DNA of 64,000 nucleotides from NCBI GenBank assembly GCA_965219685.1, contig CBDCOH010000002.1, forward strand, positions 3,744,001-3,808,000, given 5' to 3'. Below, piece after piece: positions 45,514-55,238 of this stretch; the first letter of the stretch is position 1; each line of letters opens with the position of its first letter. The stretch is from Candidatus Spongiisociaceae bacterium. Lineage in GTDB: Bacteria; Actinomycetota; Acidimicrobiia; Spongiisociales; Spongiisociaceae. The notes under the pieces were generated by a model. It searched no databases. It saw only the letters and a program-made list of their open reading frames with translations, and was not told where the DNA came from. The translations under genes were made by a program, and so were the position numbers.

Positions 45514-48500
45514 TTAGGTAGTCCCCTCGTCATCCGAGGTGATCAGCATGTCCCCGCGCCGCACCAGTTGTCCGTTGTCGATTAGCCAACCGACCCGCTG
45601 ATTGAGACGGGCTTTGATCTTCGGTCCGGCCTTCTGATAGCCGAACTGACGGGCCGTCTCGCGTACGAGGTCGTCTCGCGGTGCACCAAAGGTCTTGCGA
45701 GCGATCAGTAGCAGGCCCTCGTCGATCTCAGCTTCAGCGATGAGGTTTATCGTGCGACCTCCGGTCCGCCTTGGCCGCTGTGGACCTGTCTTGCCCGCCA
45801 GGTGCAGGAAGAGTCCGTTGGTGCCCTCTCGGCCCACAGTCCCATAAGCGATAGCCTGTTCAATTGCTCCTTCGATGTGTTGACGGATAACCTTGCCCGC
45901 TTTCGCATCGTCGTAGATGGTCACCACATGGCTGATTACTTTGTTGACGTGGACCGGCTGCTCTACCGCCACGATCTCTGTCACCAGCTTCGCGAGGCGA
46001 CTTAAAGGAGCATTGAGTACTCTACCCCAGCGACGCTTGCCCTCGAAACAGTGGTACTCGTCGAATAGCTGCGCTGGTCGGGAGGGCTGTAGCACTGGAC
46101 GAGTGTCGTCTCCGTCCTGCAGTGGGGCCGACCGTGACACTTCCGCGGTGCTTTCGCTGGCTGGCTGCGCGTGCTCAGGCGGGTCTTCGCTCCGGGCCCG
46201 TTCAAGAGCTTCCTCGATCGTTCTGATCTCAGTCTCCCGATCGCGGATCCACGCGGTGGACCACACGCGATGAATGTGCCACCCGAGACCTTCGAGCACC
46301 TGCTGCCGTAGCCAATCACGGTCTCGGGCAGCCGGTGACCGGTGGTACGTCGCTCCGTCGCATTCGATGCCCAGATCGAACCGTTCTCCGTCCTCAGCCT
46401 TGATCGCGAGGTCGATGCGATAACCCGATACACCTACCTGAGCCTCAACTCGATGGCCACGCTCGCGTAGCGCTGTGAGCACGGCCTCCTCGAATGGGCT
46501 CTCGGGCTCACCGACGCGGGAAACGGCAGCTTCAAGGGCTTGCTCCGGGTTTCGGACGTACTCGAGATAGCGACGCAGTTGGCGAGCCCCAGGCGATGTT
46601 GATGTGATGTCCTCGGCGCGCAACGAATGAACCACGGTCATCGACTGGCGTGCCCTTGTCACAGCCACGTTGAGTCTCCGCTCACCGCCTTCCTGGTTTA
46701 TCGGTCCGAAACGGTTCGGAACCGCACCCGCGGAGGTGGGTCCGTAACCGACGGAGAGGACCATGTGGTCTCGTTCGTCCCCTTGGACGTTTTCGAGGTT
46801 CTTGACGAAGAAGCGTTCGTCGACATCGCTGCTGAATCGATCATCCAAATGGCGACTGATCAGCCGACGTTCTTCGATCAGGGTCTCGATGAGGTCGGCC
46901 TGCGAACGCGACAGCGCCACCACCCCGATACTCTCATCCCGAGGCTGTGTCTCCAGCAGATCGAAGACGATGTCGGTCACGCGCTCGGCTTCCTCACGAT
47001 TGGTCCGGCGGCCCCCTGCGTCGTAGATGGCTCCCGAGAGGTATACATCCCGGACGGCCGCAGCGGATGGATCTGGATCGGGGAAGGTCAGGAGGCGGTC
47101 TTCGTAGAAGGCATGATTAGAGAATCGGATCAGACTCTCACTGCGGCTCCGATAGTGTACCGTCAAGTACCGTTCTTCGACGCGGTTGCCCACCTGTCCC
47201 ACCATGACGTCGAGAATGCTCTCGCGTCCCTCGAAACTATCACTGGTCTCGTCATCCTCGTCACGGTGGTCGGCGTCGTCCGCGAGGCTACGCCGAAAGA
47301 AAGTGGTGGGCGGGAGTTGGAGTCGATCGCCTACTACGATGACCTGCCTCCCGCGTTCGATGGCTGGGAGCGCATCCTCTGGTAGCACCTGTGAGGCCTC
47401 GTCAAAGATGACCGCATCGAACTCGATTCGGTCGCTCTCCAGTGGTCCGGCAGGCAAGTATTGACTCACTGCGAGGGGGCTCATGAGAAAGCATGGCTTG
47501 AGCGTCTGGAGCAAGTCCGGGATCCGTCGAATGAGACGGCGAACGGGCATCTGCCGACGTTTCTTGGAGAGTTCGCCGTTGAGTATGCCCACTTGCCCTG
47601 CTTGTAAGGGTGTAACGTTTTGCTCCGGGTACTTGCCGAACACCTGTTCCCGGACCCTTCTGCGGGCAGCAACAGGGAACAGGTTGTCGAGACTCCTGAA
47701 CCGCTCTCGGATATCCTCATGATCCACCCTATTGAACATACGCAGATCAGGCTCGATGGCGTACACCTCCTCCAGCCAAACGTCGTAAGCACGGCGTTTG
47801 ACGATGTCCGGTACATCCTTGGCCAGCTTTGTCAGACGGCGGACCTTGTCGGTCGACCCTGTCCCTAGAAGTTCGTCGAAGGAGCTAACGGCGTCCTGAT
47901 ATGCGACCCACGCTGGGGCATCGTCCGCGTTATCGAGAAGGTCAACGGCCCATCCTTCAAGAGCAGTCAAGCTCGGTTCATCCCACGAGTCCCATCCCGT
48001 CGACGCGAGATCAAACCGTTGGTCCAGTAATTCCAACTCCTGCCTGACAGCTTTGATAGCGGTGTCAACTAACTCCGCTCGTTTGGTGTATTCGAACCGC
48101 GGTCGAGGGTTGCTCGCATGGTTCGAGAGTTCTTGGCTGACCTTTCCGTTGGCAGCCTTCACCAAACCCTCCGTCCAGTCGAGAGCTTCCAGGATCAGCG
48201 TCCACTGGGTGGTGTCGCCTTCGAAGAAGTGGCCGAAGTCCGCGGCGAGAGTGGAAGCCAGCCGCTCATCTTCCTCTCTGATCGCCATCAGCCCGACGCC
48301 GACTTCGACGAGTTCTGTCAGCTTCAGCGCGTCGAAGTCGGAAAGCCTCCTTGCGAGACTGCCAATAAGTGGATGGGTAGCACCGCTGACGCGGCGGAGT
48401 GGCGTCACGGCTCGGCGCATGGCCTCGGCGGAGCGCGCAATGTCGAGCGTCGGGCCGGACAACGGCTTGTGACCGACTCGACTCGCGGCCGAGTGGTAGT

Positions 48501-51500
48501 GGTCCAGCGATCTGAGGATCTGATGCTGTGCAGACGAGAGGGCCGAACGTCGTAGTCCATCGGCTTCTGTCGTCGTAAGTTCTCGAAGGATGGCGTCGTC
48601 TACTATTTGGTAGCCCGTAGCCTCGACAGCACCAATGTAGCCTTGCAGGCGACTTCTATCTGCAGACCAGTCATCCCTTAGTCGGTGGACCGTCTCGAAG
48701 TCCCCCAGTACACGCTCCCAATCGGTCCTCCGGCCTCGAAAGCGTCTGCCCAGCTTGACCCTTATATCCGACTTCAGCTCATCCCACCTCTCCCGCATTT
48801 GCTTGATCTCGTGGGCTTGCCGGACAGCTTGCAGGGACTCGGCCACTGTCAGTTTGCGCGGGTCGTTCAGCTGGCCCCGGAGAGTTCGCTGATCATCTCG
48901 GTAAGCCTTGCCGAGGCGTCTCCAAGTACTTTGGTGGTCGGTGCGATATCGGACCAGCATCTCCTCGTCGACGAGATCTACGAGCCGGTCGGAAAAGTCC
49001 ATGCTGAGTTGGATCTCGGCCTGTTCGAGTTGGTTGAGCAGAGACTGTGCATCCTCTAAGGAACGCTTCAACTGGTCAGGCGAAGCGTGCGTGAGCCAAA
49101 GGTCGGGAACCGGTTCGAGGTTGAGAATCCGGCTTGTCAGGCTACACAGACCCTCGACCTTGCCTAGCGTCCGGATTGATGATGACGGTCTCGTGAGCAC
49201 TTCAGCCATCTCCAACACTCGTGTGAGCAGATCGTCAAGTTCTGCGGAGAGGGCACCAACTCCATCCGACAGCCCAACCGGATCCTCGCCGATACGAGTG
49301 CGCCAGCTATCACCTACAACAGCCTCGATATCCTCCACCTCGTCAGGCGTGAGTGCCATGGCCTTCCTGATGGCTCGGTAGTCGAGTGTGGGAGGTTCGC
49401 CAGCAAACGCTGCGGACAGCTTCTCCTCTCGGAGTTGCCGCTCACATTGTTGTGCAGCTTGTCCGCGCGCTAAAGGCCGGAGTCTTTGTACAGCTCTGTG
49501 CCCGAGCCAAGCGACGGGGATGCCTGTAGGCGCGTGTGAGAGCAGCCCGAGAAGTCGAACTATGGTGTGAGCATCGTTGGCCGACTTGATCGGGGGTACT
49601 CCGAGCCAATCCGATTGCGGATCAACGGCGGCGCGTAGTTGATCGACAGCTGACAGCACGACTGTCATGTCGTTACGGATCAGATCGGGAAGAGACAGCG
49701 TCTGCTGCGGTGTGCGAAGCGGTATCCAGCGGCTTGTAGTGTGACAAGTGAACTCGGCGGGTCGGAGCGCGATACGTCGGGCTGCTTCGGTGGCGGCGGA
49801 CAACCAACGATGAGTCAATCGACTGAGGTGCGGGATCTCCAATGAGGTGAATCGCGGCAGATGGCGCAGGCTGGCGAATCTGCCCTGAATCTCGAAAACG
49901 GACTTGCCTAGCGGATCACGCCTCTTGTGGAGCAGTCGAACGATCCTGTTGAGTTGCTTGCGCAGTACAACGAGTTCGCCCAACGGAATGTCTGGCGCGC
50001 CCCCTTCGCGGCTATCGGACAGTGAGCGCTTCAGCTGTTTGTAAACCTGACTCTTCCTCCCGCGGTCGCTGTGCAGATCGAGACAGAAGATACCGAGGCC
50101 GCACTCCTCAAGCCGTCGTTTCACGACGTCGAGGGCAGCGGTCTTTTCACTGACAAACAAGACACGCTTCCCTCCGGCGAGGAGCGTCGCTATAAGGTTC
50201 GTGATCGTCTGGCTCTTGCCGGTGCCTGGAGGGCCGTGTATAACGAGGTGGGAACCCTTTCTGACCGAGTCGATGGCGCGTAACTGGCTAAAGTCCGCCG
50301 GTAACACCGTATACTGGTCACTGATCTCCAATAGGTCGTCCAACTGTCCACCAGCGAGGTCGCGATCCATTGGCGTAGCTGAATGCGTAGGGTTGTCAGT
50401 TCTGTTTGTTTCATTCCCGGCCAGAAGGAGCGTCAGATCGCTCCGCACGCCGTTCTCGAGCATCCGGGTCAGGTCTTCATACATCGCCAGCTTCGTGTAG
50501 GAGAACGTGCCGAGAGTGATCTCACGATCGATGTACCAGCCCTCACGGTCGCCGACTAGCTTCTTGACTTCGCTGAGGTACTCTTCGATGGATGTTTCCG
50601 TCCCAACGTACTCGTCGGCTAGTGCAGGAAGCTCAAGATCTAGCCGCGAGAGGTAGTGACGCAGGGTCGGATTGACGACCGAATCGTCATCCTCACGTTG
50701 CAAGCGGAAGGGGTCGCCCGGTGATCGGCGGTCGAGATCGCAAGGAATCAGCACAAGCGGTGAACACGCCCGCTCATCGTCTTGGTCGATCCAGTACAAG
50801 AACCCCATGGCTAGGAAGAGGACGTTGAGACCTTGTTCCTCCTCCCACTCACGATCTTTGCGTTGGAGATTACGAAGTCGGCGTTGGAGGTCAAGGGGTT
50901 CACAGTTCGTTTTCAGATCGCCTTTGACGACTCGTGGTCGCTCATCGGCACCAGGATCGTCCGTAGTGGCGAATCCGCGTCTCCGTTTCCGACGACGTGC
51001 TGCATAAGGGAAACGAAGTCCAGTGCGAGACTTCTGGAGCCGCTTGTCTAGCTCGTCGGGGGCTATGCCGGTGATGCCAACCGCGCTGCGCCCGGGTTTG
51101 AAGTAGAGCAGGTTGTTTCGCCGATTCAGTTGGAGGAGGCGTGTTTGCCACTCGGCGATCCGGCGATCGATCAGCTTGCTCGGGTGTGTGGTCTGTTTCT
51201 GTCTTGGGCTCCGTCTACTTCTCGCGGCAGTCGTTGGCAGCCTCTCTACTGTCACGGTGGGAGACAACGCACTAGGGGTTGTGGGTGTGGTGGAGGCTTC
51301 GGCGAGACATACGTCCCTTCCGCCGCCGGTCTCCATATCTCGGCCAGTCCCTAGTCCCCACGCGCAATCGGTGCATAGGTAGACATCTACGTCGTGATGT
51401 CCGTTGCCGACGGCACAACCGTCACAATCCCAGTCCGGGACTTCCGGAGCGACCGCGCAGTCAGGACAGGGGTCGGAGTCGGTGGATGGGGCCGAAGTCA

Positions 51501-51615
51501 GGAAGGTCCGAAGTTCAAGAACGCAGTTGCAGCAAAGAAGACGGAGACTATGACCCTCGGGATATCCGCAAGCGCAGCACGGCCTGTAACCGTTCTCCTT
51601 CGTAGGCCGTTGCAT
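45514..51615 (-). CDS. DUF4011 / SF1 helicase / Vsr-like nuclease / DUF3320-type protein (Hhe-like defence candidate) with Cys-rich N-terminus
   Basis: RRNNLL, GPPGTGKSQT, FDEASQ, GDRLQLPP, QGDERD, RRLNVAVTRA, IDLA..GIECDG..YH..ARDRD; less GC-biased codons. Confidence 0.85.
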   Translation of the reverse strand: MQRPTKENGYRPCCACGYPEGHSLRLLCCNCVLELRTFLTSAPSTDSDPCPDCAVAPEVPDWDCDGCAVGNGHHDVDVYLCTDCAWGLGTGRDMETGGGRDVCLAEASTTPTTPSALSPTVTVERLPTTAARSRRSPRQKQTTHPSKLIDRRIAEWQTRLLQLNRRNNLLYFKPGRSAVGITGIAPDELDKRLQKSRTGLRFPYAARRRKRRRGFATTDDPGADERPRVVKGDLKTNCEPLDLQRRLRNLQRKDREWEEEQGLNVLFLAMGFLYWIDQDDERACSPLVLIPCDLDRRSPGDPFRLQREDDDSVVNPTLRHYLSRLDLELPALADEYVGTETSIEEYLSEVKKLVGDREGWYIDREITLGTFSYTKLAMYEDLTRMLENGVRSDLTLLLAGNETNRTDNPTHSATPMDRDLAGGQLDDLLEISDQYTVLPADFSQLRAIDSVRKGSHLVIHGPPGTGKSQTITNLIATLLAGGKRVLFVSEKTAALDVVKRRLEECGLGIFCLDLHSDRGRKSQVYKQLKRSLSDSREGGAPDIPLGELVVLRKQLNRIVRLLHKRRDPLGKSVFEIQGRFASLRHLPRFTSLEIPHLSRLTHRWLSAATEAARRIALRPAEFTCHTTSRWIPLRTPQQTLSLPDLIRNDMTVVLSAVDQLRAAVDPQSDWLGVPPIKSANDAHTIVRLLGLLSHAPTGIPVAWLGHRAVQRLRPLARGQAAQQCERQLREEKLSAAFAGEPPTLDYRAIRKAMALTPDEVEDIEAVVGDSWRTRIGEDPVGLSDGVGALSAELDDLLTRVLEMAEVLTRPSSSIRTLGKVEGLCSLTSRILNLEPVPDLWLTHASPDQLKRSLEDAQSLLNQLEQAEIQLSMDFSDRLVDLVDEEMLVRYRTDHQSTWRRLGKAYRDDQRTLRGQLNDPRKLTVAESLQAVRQAHEIKQMRERWDELKSDIRVKLGRRFRGRRTDWERVLGDFETVHRLRDDWSADRSRLQGYIGAVEATGYQIVDDAILRELTTTEADGLRRSALSSAQHQILRSLDHYHSAASRVGHKPLSGPTLDIARSAEAMRRAVTPLRRVSGATHPLIGSLARRLSDFDALKLTELVEVGVGLMAIREEDERLASTLAADFGHFFEGDTTQWTLILEALDWTEGLVKAANGKVSQELSNHASNPRPRFEYTKRAELVDTAIKAVRQELELLDQRFDLASTGWDSWDEPSLTALEGWAVDLLDNADDAPAWVAYQDAVSSFDELLGTGSTDKVRRLTKLAKDVPDIVKRRAYDVWLEEVYAIEPDLRMFNRVDHEDIRERFRSLDNLFPVAARRRVREQVFGKYPEQNVTPLQAGQVGILNGELSKKRRQMPVRRLIRRIPDLLQTLKPCFLMSPLAVSQYLPAGPLESDRIEFDAVIFDEASQVLPEDALPAIERGRQVIVVGDRLQLPPTTFFRRSLADDADHRDEDDETSDSFEGRESILDVMVGQVGNRVEERYLTVHYRSRSESLIRFSNHAFYEDRLLTFPDPDPSAAAVRDVYLSGAIYDAGGRRTNREEAERVTDIVFDLLETQPRDESIGVVALSRSQADLIETLIEERRLISRHLDDRFSSDVDERFFVKNLENVQGDERDHMVLSVGYGPTSAGAVPNRFGPINQEGGERRLNVAVTRARQSMTVVHSLRAEDITSTSPGARQLRRYLEYVRNPEQALEAAVSRVGEPESPFEEAVLTALRERGHRVEAQVGVSGYRIDLAIKAEDGERFDLGIECDGATYHRSPAARDRDWLRQQVLEGLGWHIHRVWSTAWIRDRETEIRTIEEALERARSEDPPEHAQPASESTAEVSRSAPLQDGDDTRPVLQPSRPAQLFDEYHCFEGKRRWGRVLNAPLSRLAKLVTEIVAVEQPVHVNKVISHVVTIYDDAKAGKVIRQHIEGAIEQAIAYGTVGREGTNGLFLHLAGKTGPQRPRRTGGRTINLIAEAEIDEGLLLIARKTFGAPRDDLVRETARQFGYQKAGPKIKARLNQRVGWLIDNGQLVRRGDMLITSDDEGTT

Positions 51616-51974
51616 TGGCTAACCTGTCCTAGTATGGGGGTATCATGAATTCTTCTCTCCTAGATTAGCCTCTCTTCGCGTAACAGTCGCGTAGAGAGCG
51701 GGCTATCACCGGGTCCGTAGGGCGCTACGTGAAGAAATGAGCACGAACTCAACGTTAGTGGGGGTCGTGGCACTCCTAGTCGCTCGAGAAATGCACGGTT
51801 AGTCCTACATCCTTCCGACAGTTGACAATACGCGCAGAGGTCAGTCCCCATCGGGTACTCAGTGCCGACGGATGCCCTCGCTGACAGCCGGTGGGAGGGA
51901 ACCCCTGCTTTGCTTCTGGGGGACACCGACCTCGTGGTACATCACCCACGTGCACCCATCGGTGAAGGGCCGAC

Positions 51975-52925
51975 TCAGCCCTTCACCGAGCCGGCCAGGA
52001 TTCCGGTGACGAAGAAGCGTTGCAGCGCGAAGAACACGATGATCGGTAGCAGGGTCGATAGGAACGCGCCGGCGGTCAGCAGGTGTTCGGCCTGGCCGAA
52101 CTCTCCTGACAGGGCCGCGATGCGGGCGGTGGCCGGGAAGTTCGCGCCGGCGCCTCCCAGCATGGTGACCGCGATGAGGTAGTCGTTGTAGGTCCACAGG
52201 AACTGGAAGATCGCGAAGGCCGCCAGTACCGGCACGGAGAGCGGGATGACCAGCCGCCAGAAGATCTTGAAGTGGTCGGCGCCGTCGATCACTGCCGACT
52301 CGAAGATGTCCTTCGGTAGCCCGCTTATGTAGTTGTGCAGCAGGAAGATGGCGAAGGGCAGCGCGAAGCCGGTATGGGTCAGCCAGACCGATACGTGTCT
52401 CCCGGCGAGGTCGAGGTCGGGGAACAAGGTGAGGGTCTTCTCCAGGAAGGGAAGGGTGAGGTGCCCCCCGCCGCTGTAGAGCTGGAGGAGGGGGATCAGC
52501 GACATCTGGGCCGGAATGGCCAGCAGCGAGACGGTGGCGATGAACAGCCACTCGCGGCCCTTGAAGTCGATCCAGGCGAAGGCGTAGGCGGCGAACGCCG
52601 CGAAGGCGATCGGTATGACAGTGGCGGGCAGTGCGATGGCCAGCGAGTTGAGGAGCGCTCGCCATAGACCTCCCTGGGCGCCGGCCGAGAGGATGTCGAT
52701 GTAGTTGTCGAAGGTCAGGTTCTCGGAGTAGTTCTCGAACGGGAAGTGCCACCAGCCGCTGGCCCGCTGAGCGTTGCGGGTCCGGAAGGAGTTCACGAAC
52801 AGGCCGAGGCTCGGGATCGTCCAGAGGACGACCAGCAACCAGAGCACCCAGGTCGGGATGGAGCGGAGGAACGCGTAGGTCCGCTTACCGAGGCCAGGGC
52901 CACCTGTGCTGGAGAGTACGGTCAT
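51975..52925 (-). CDS. Carbohydrate ABC permease (AglG-like)
   Basis: ESAVIDGA, FQFLWTYND, LAGSVKG; TGATG overlap. Confidence 0.9.
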   Translation of the reverse strand: MTVLSSTGGPGLGKRTYAFLRSIPTWVLWLLVVLWTIPSLGLFVNSFRTRNAQRASGWWHFPFENYSENLTFDNYIDILSAGAQGGLWRALLNSLAIALPATVIPIAFAAFAAYAFAWIDFKGREWLFIATVSLLAIPAQMSLIPLLQLYSGGGHLTLPFLEKTLTLFPDLDLAGRHVSVWLTHTGFALPFAIFLLHNYISGLPKDIFESAVIDGADHFKIFWRLVIPLSVPVLAAFAIFQFLWTYNDYLIAVTMLGGAGANFPATARIAALSGEFGQAEHLLTAGAFLSTLLPIIVFFALQRFFVTGILAGSVKG

Positions 52926-55075
52926 CAGGTCGCCGCTTTCTGCATCCGTCGGATATTGATGAAGAGGATGGGCAGCACCGCGATGAACAGGACCACGGCC
53001 AGCGCCGATCCGAGGCCGAAGTTCAACTCGGTGAAGGCGCGTTGCCACATCTCGTTGGCGATGACCTGGGTGCCGAAGTTGCCGTTGGTCATCACCTTCA
53101 CGATGTCGAAGACCTTCATAACCAGCACTATCAGGGTGGTGATTACCACCCCGATGGTCGGGTAGATGTGGGGGATGATCACCCGCCAGAAGGTCTGGGA
53201 CTCGGACGCGCCGTCCACCCGGGCCGCCTCGATGAAGTCGGCCGGGACCGCTTTGATTGCGGCCGAGAAAATCACCATGGTGAAGCCGGTCTGAATCCAG
53301 ATCAGCACCAGCATCAGCCAGATGTTGTTGTACGGGGCCTTCTGCACGAACTGGATGGTTGAGGCGACCACGTCCCCGTTGTCGCGTACCTCGAAGCCGC
53401 CCACACCTCGCCATAGGGCATAGGCGAACCAGATGAGCGGCAGCGAGCAGATCGCCGCGCCCACCCCCACGGTGCGTTCGCCGGTCTTCCAGGCCCGGAT
53501 TCCCAGACGGATCAGGAGCCCTGCCAGCACCAGGCACACGATCACCGCTGTGAAGAATCCCGGCCCGCGCGAGAGGCTCAGATTGCCGATCGCGACCCAG
53601 ACCGTGTTCAGCACCCCGGTCTGGGGCTTGGAAACATCGCGCGCCAGGTACATGAACCGCCATATGACTCCGGCTCCCACGAAGGAGATGGCCATCGGCA
53701 TGAAGATCAGCGACTTGGCGAACGACTCCCACTTGGCCCGGTCCGCCAGCACCGCGATGGCCAGCCCGGCGGAGGTGGACAGGACCGTGACGGTGAACAC
53801 CCACCAGAGGTTGTTGAAAATCGTACCCCGCAGGGCGGCGAAGACGGCGAAAGCGATCAGGACCACCCCCACGGCGGTGCCGCCGCCGGTGCCCGGCGAG
53901 AAGCGGATGGCGTAGCCGGTGCGGCGGCCCACCATGACCGACACGATGAGCCCGATGAGTACCAGGGCGATGCCCACCAGGAAGAGCTTGCTGCCGAAGA
54001 TCCCGGCCCATCCCTCGACGTTGAAGATGTTGGGGCTCGAGAAGACGTCCTGGTAGTTGACGAACCCCACGTATTCCTGGCCCCGCGTGTCGTGGAAGGA
54101 GAGGAACAGGGTGCGCAAGGTCGGGACGATGAGGGTGGCGGCGATGAACCCCAGCGCCGGGACCAGGAAGATGTAGGCACGCGAGGATGCTTCGATGCGG
54201 CCCCGCTGCGTATGGTCTGGAATCGGTTTGAGGCCGATCAACGCTCCGAAGCCCAATCCCACCCCGATGGAAGCTATCAGCGCGTCCGTCTTGGTTCCCG
54301 AACCGAGGCTCGGAAGCAGCCAGCCGCCGAAGAGGAATCCGATCGTGGCGCCGAGTATCAGGGGCTGAACCAGTGGGTTCCTGCGCCCCCTGACCTGCCA
54401 CAGCAGGAGCCCGATCACGGCTCCGACCAGGGTGGCGCCTGCCAGGACGCCGTAGTCGATGTAGGGAAGGACCGGCCACAACTCGAAGGTCCCCTGCTCG
54501 AGTTCGAACACCAGGATCACTTTCCGCATCCCGGAGGCGGCCAGCGCGCCCAGGGCCGCTCCGGCGCCGATCCCGATCGCCAACCGGGCCCACCTGTGGT
54601 GGACCGTTCCCAGCAGGTAGCCGGCGATCGCCCCGAGCAGGGTTGCGATGACCGTGCGCAGTACGGGGTCGTCGATGGCTCTGTTACCCCATAGCAAGGC
54701 GTACACCACGAGTGTCCCGCCCGCGCCGACTACGGTGGTGTACGTCGACCAGCGGTCGGGTGCCAGGTCGAAGAGTTTGTTGGCGGCTATGAAGATGACC
54801 GCGCTGGCCAGTATCGACACCACCACCCCGCGGGCGGTGGTCTCGAGTTTCTCCACCACGTCGGAGACCAGCGTATCGTCTACATCCAGCAGCGCCGCGA
54901 GTGCGGCCGGCGTGAACAGCACCGACAGGGCAGCGAGGCAGAGAACCACGAAGGTCGCCACGGCAATCCCTCGACGGGTCTTCGAATCTGAACCGCTCCG
55001 GTCGATCCAGAAAGCGATCCCTCCGGCGATGCCGATCACCATGAGGACGTTTATCAGCGCGTTGACGGCTACCAC
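52925..55075 (-). CDS. Carbohydrate ABC permease (AglF-like) with long N-terminal membrane extension
   Basis: MPMAISFVGA, WIQTGF, EAARVDGA, KVFDIV. Confidence 0.85.
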   Translation of the reverse strand: MVAVNALINVLMVIGIAGGIAFWIDRSGSDSKTRRGIAVATFVVLCLAALSVLFTPAALAALLDVDDTLVSDVVEKLETTARGVVVSILASAVIFIAANKLFDLAPDRWSTYTTVVGAGGTLVVYALLWGNRAIDDPVLRTVIATLLGAIAGYLLGTVHHRWARLAIGIGAGAALGALAASGMRKVILVFELEQGTFELWPVLPYIDYGVLAGATLVGAVIGLLLWQVRGRRNPLVQPLILGATIGFLFGGWLLPSLGSGTKTDALIASIGVGLGFGALIGLKPIPDHTQRGRIEASSRAYIFLVPALGFIAATLIVPTLRTLFLSFHDTRGQEYVGFVNYQDVFSSPNIFNVEGWAGIFGSKLFLVGIALVLIGLIVSVMVGRRTGYAIRFSPGTGGGTAVGVVLIAFAVFAALRGTIFNNLWWVFTVTVLSTSAGLAIAVLADRAKWESFAKSLIFMPMAISFVGAGVIWRFMYLARDVSKPQTGVLNTVWVAIGNLSLSRGPGFFTAVIVCLVLAGLLIRLGIRAWKTGERTVGVGAAICSLPLIWFAYALWRGVGGFEVRDNGDVVASTIQFVQKAPYNNIWLMLVLIWIQTGFTMVIFSAAIKAVPADFIEAARVDGASESQTFWRVIIPHIYPTIGVVITTLIVLVMKVFDIVKVMTNGNFGTQVIANEMWQRAFTELNFGLGSALAVVLFIAVLPILFINIRRMQKAAT

Positions 55076-55172
55076 CGGCCGGTCCTCTGCGAGCCGGCTG
55101 GATCGTTCATGATTCGGGTCTGGGCTCTGCGCGGCATCCCGCTCCCGGTCCGTCTAGTGCATCCGGTTGGCG

Positions 55173-55202
55173 GGTGGGCGCCCCGTCTCCGGGGCGCCCA
55201 CC
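55173..55202 (-). other. Intercistronic hairpin after the sugar SBP gene
   Basis: GGTGGGCGCCCCG-TCTC-CGGGGCGCCCACC perfect 13-bp stem. Confidence 0.7.
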
Positions 55203-55238
55203 GCCGTTGTCGTCTATCCGTGTTTCAGGCTAACCGGC

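Noticed and set aside
42501-51667. 13-bp direct repeat CTCTCCTAGATTA (42501, 51655) as att sites
   Set aside because: Short enough to arise by chance, both copies read as a -10-like TAATCT for minus-strand genes, and there is no integrase.
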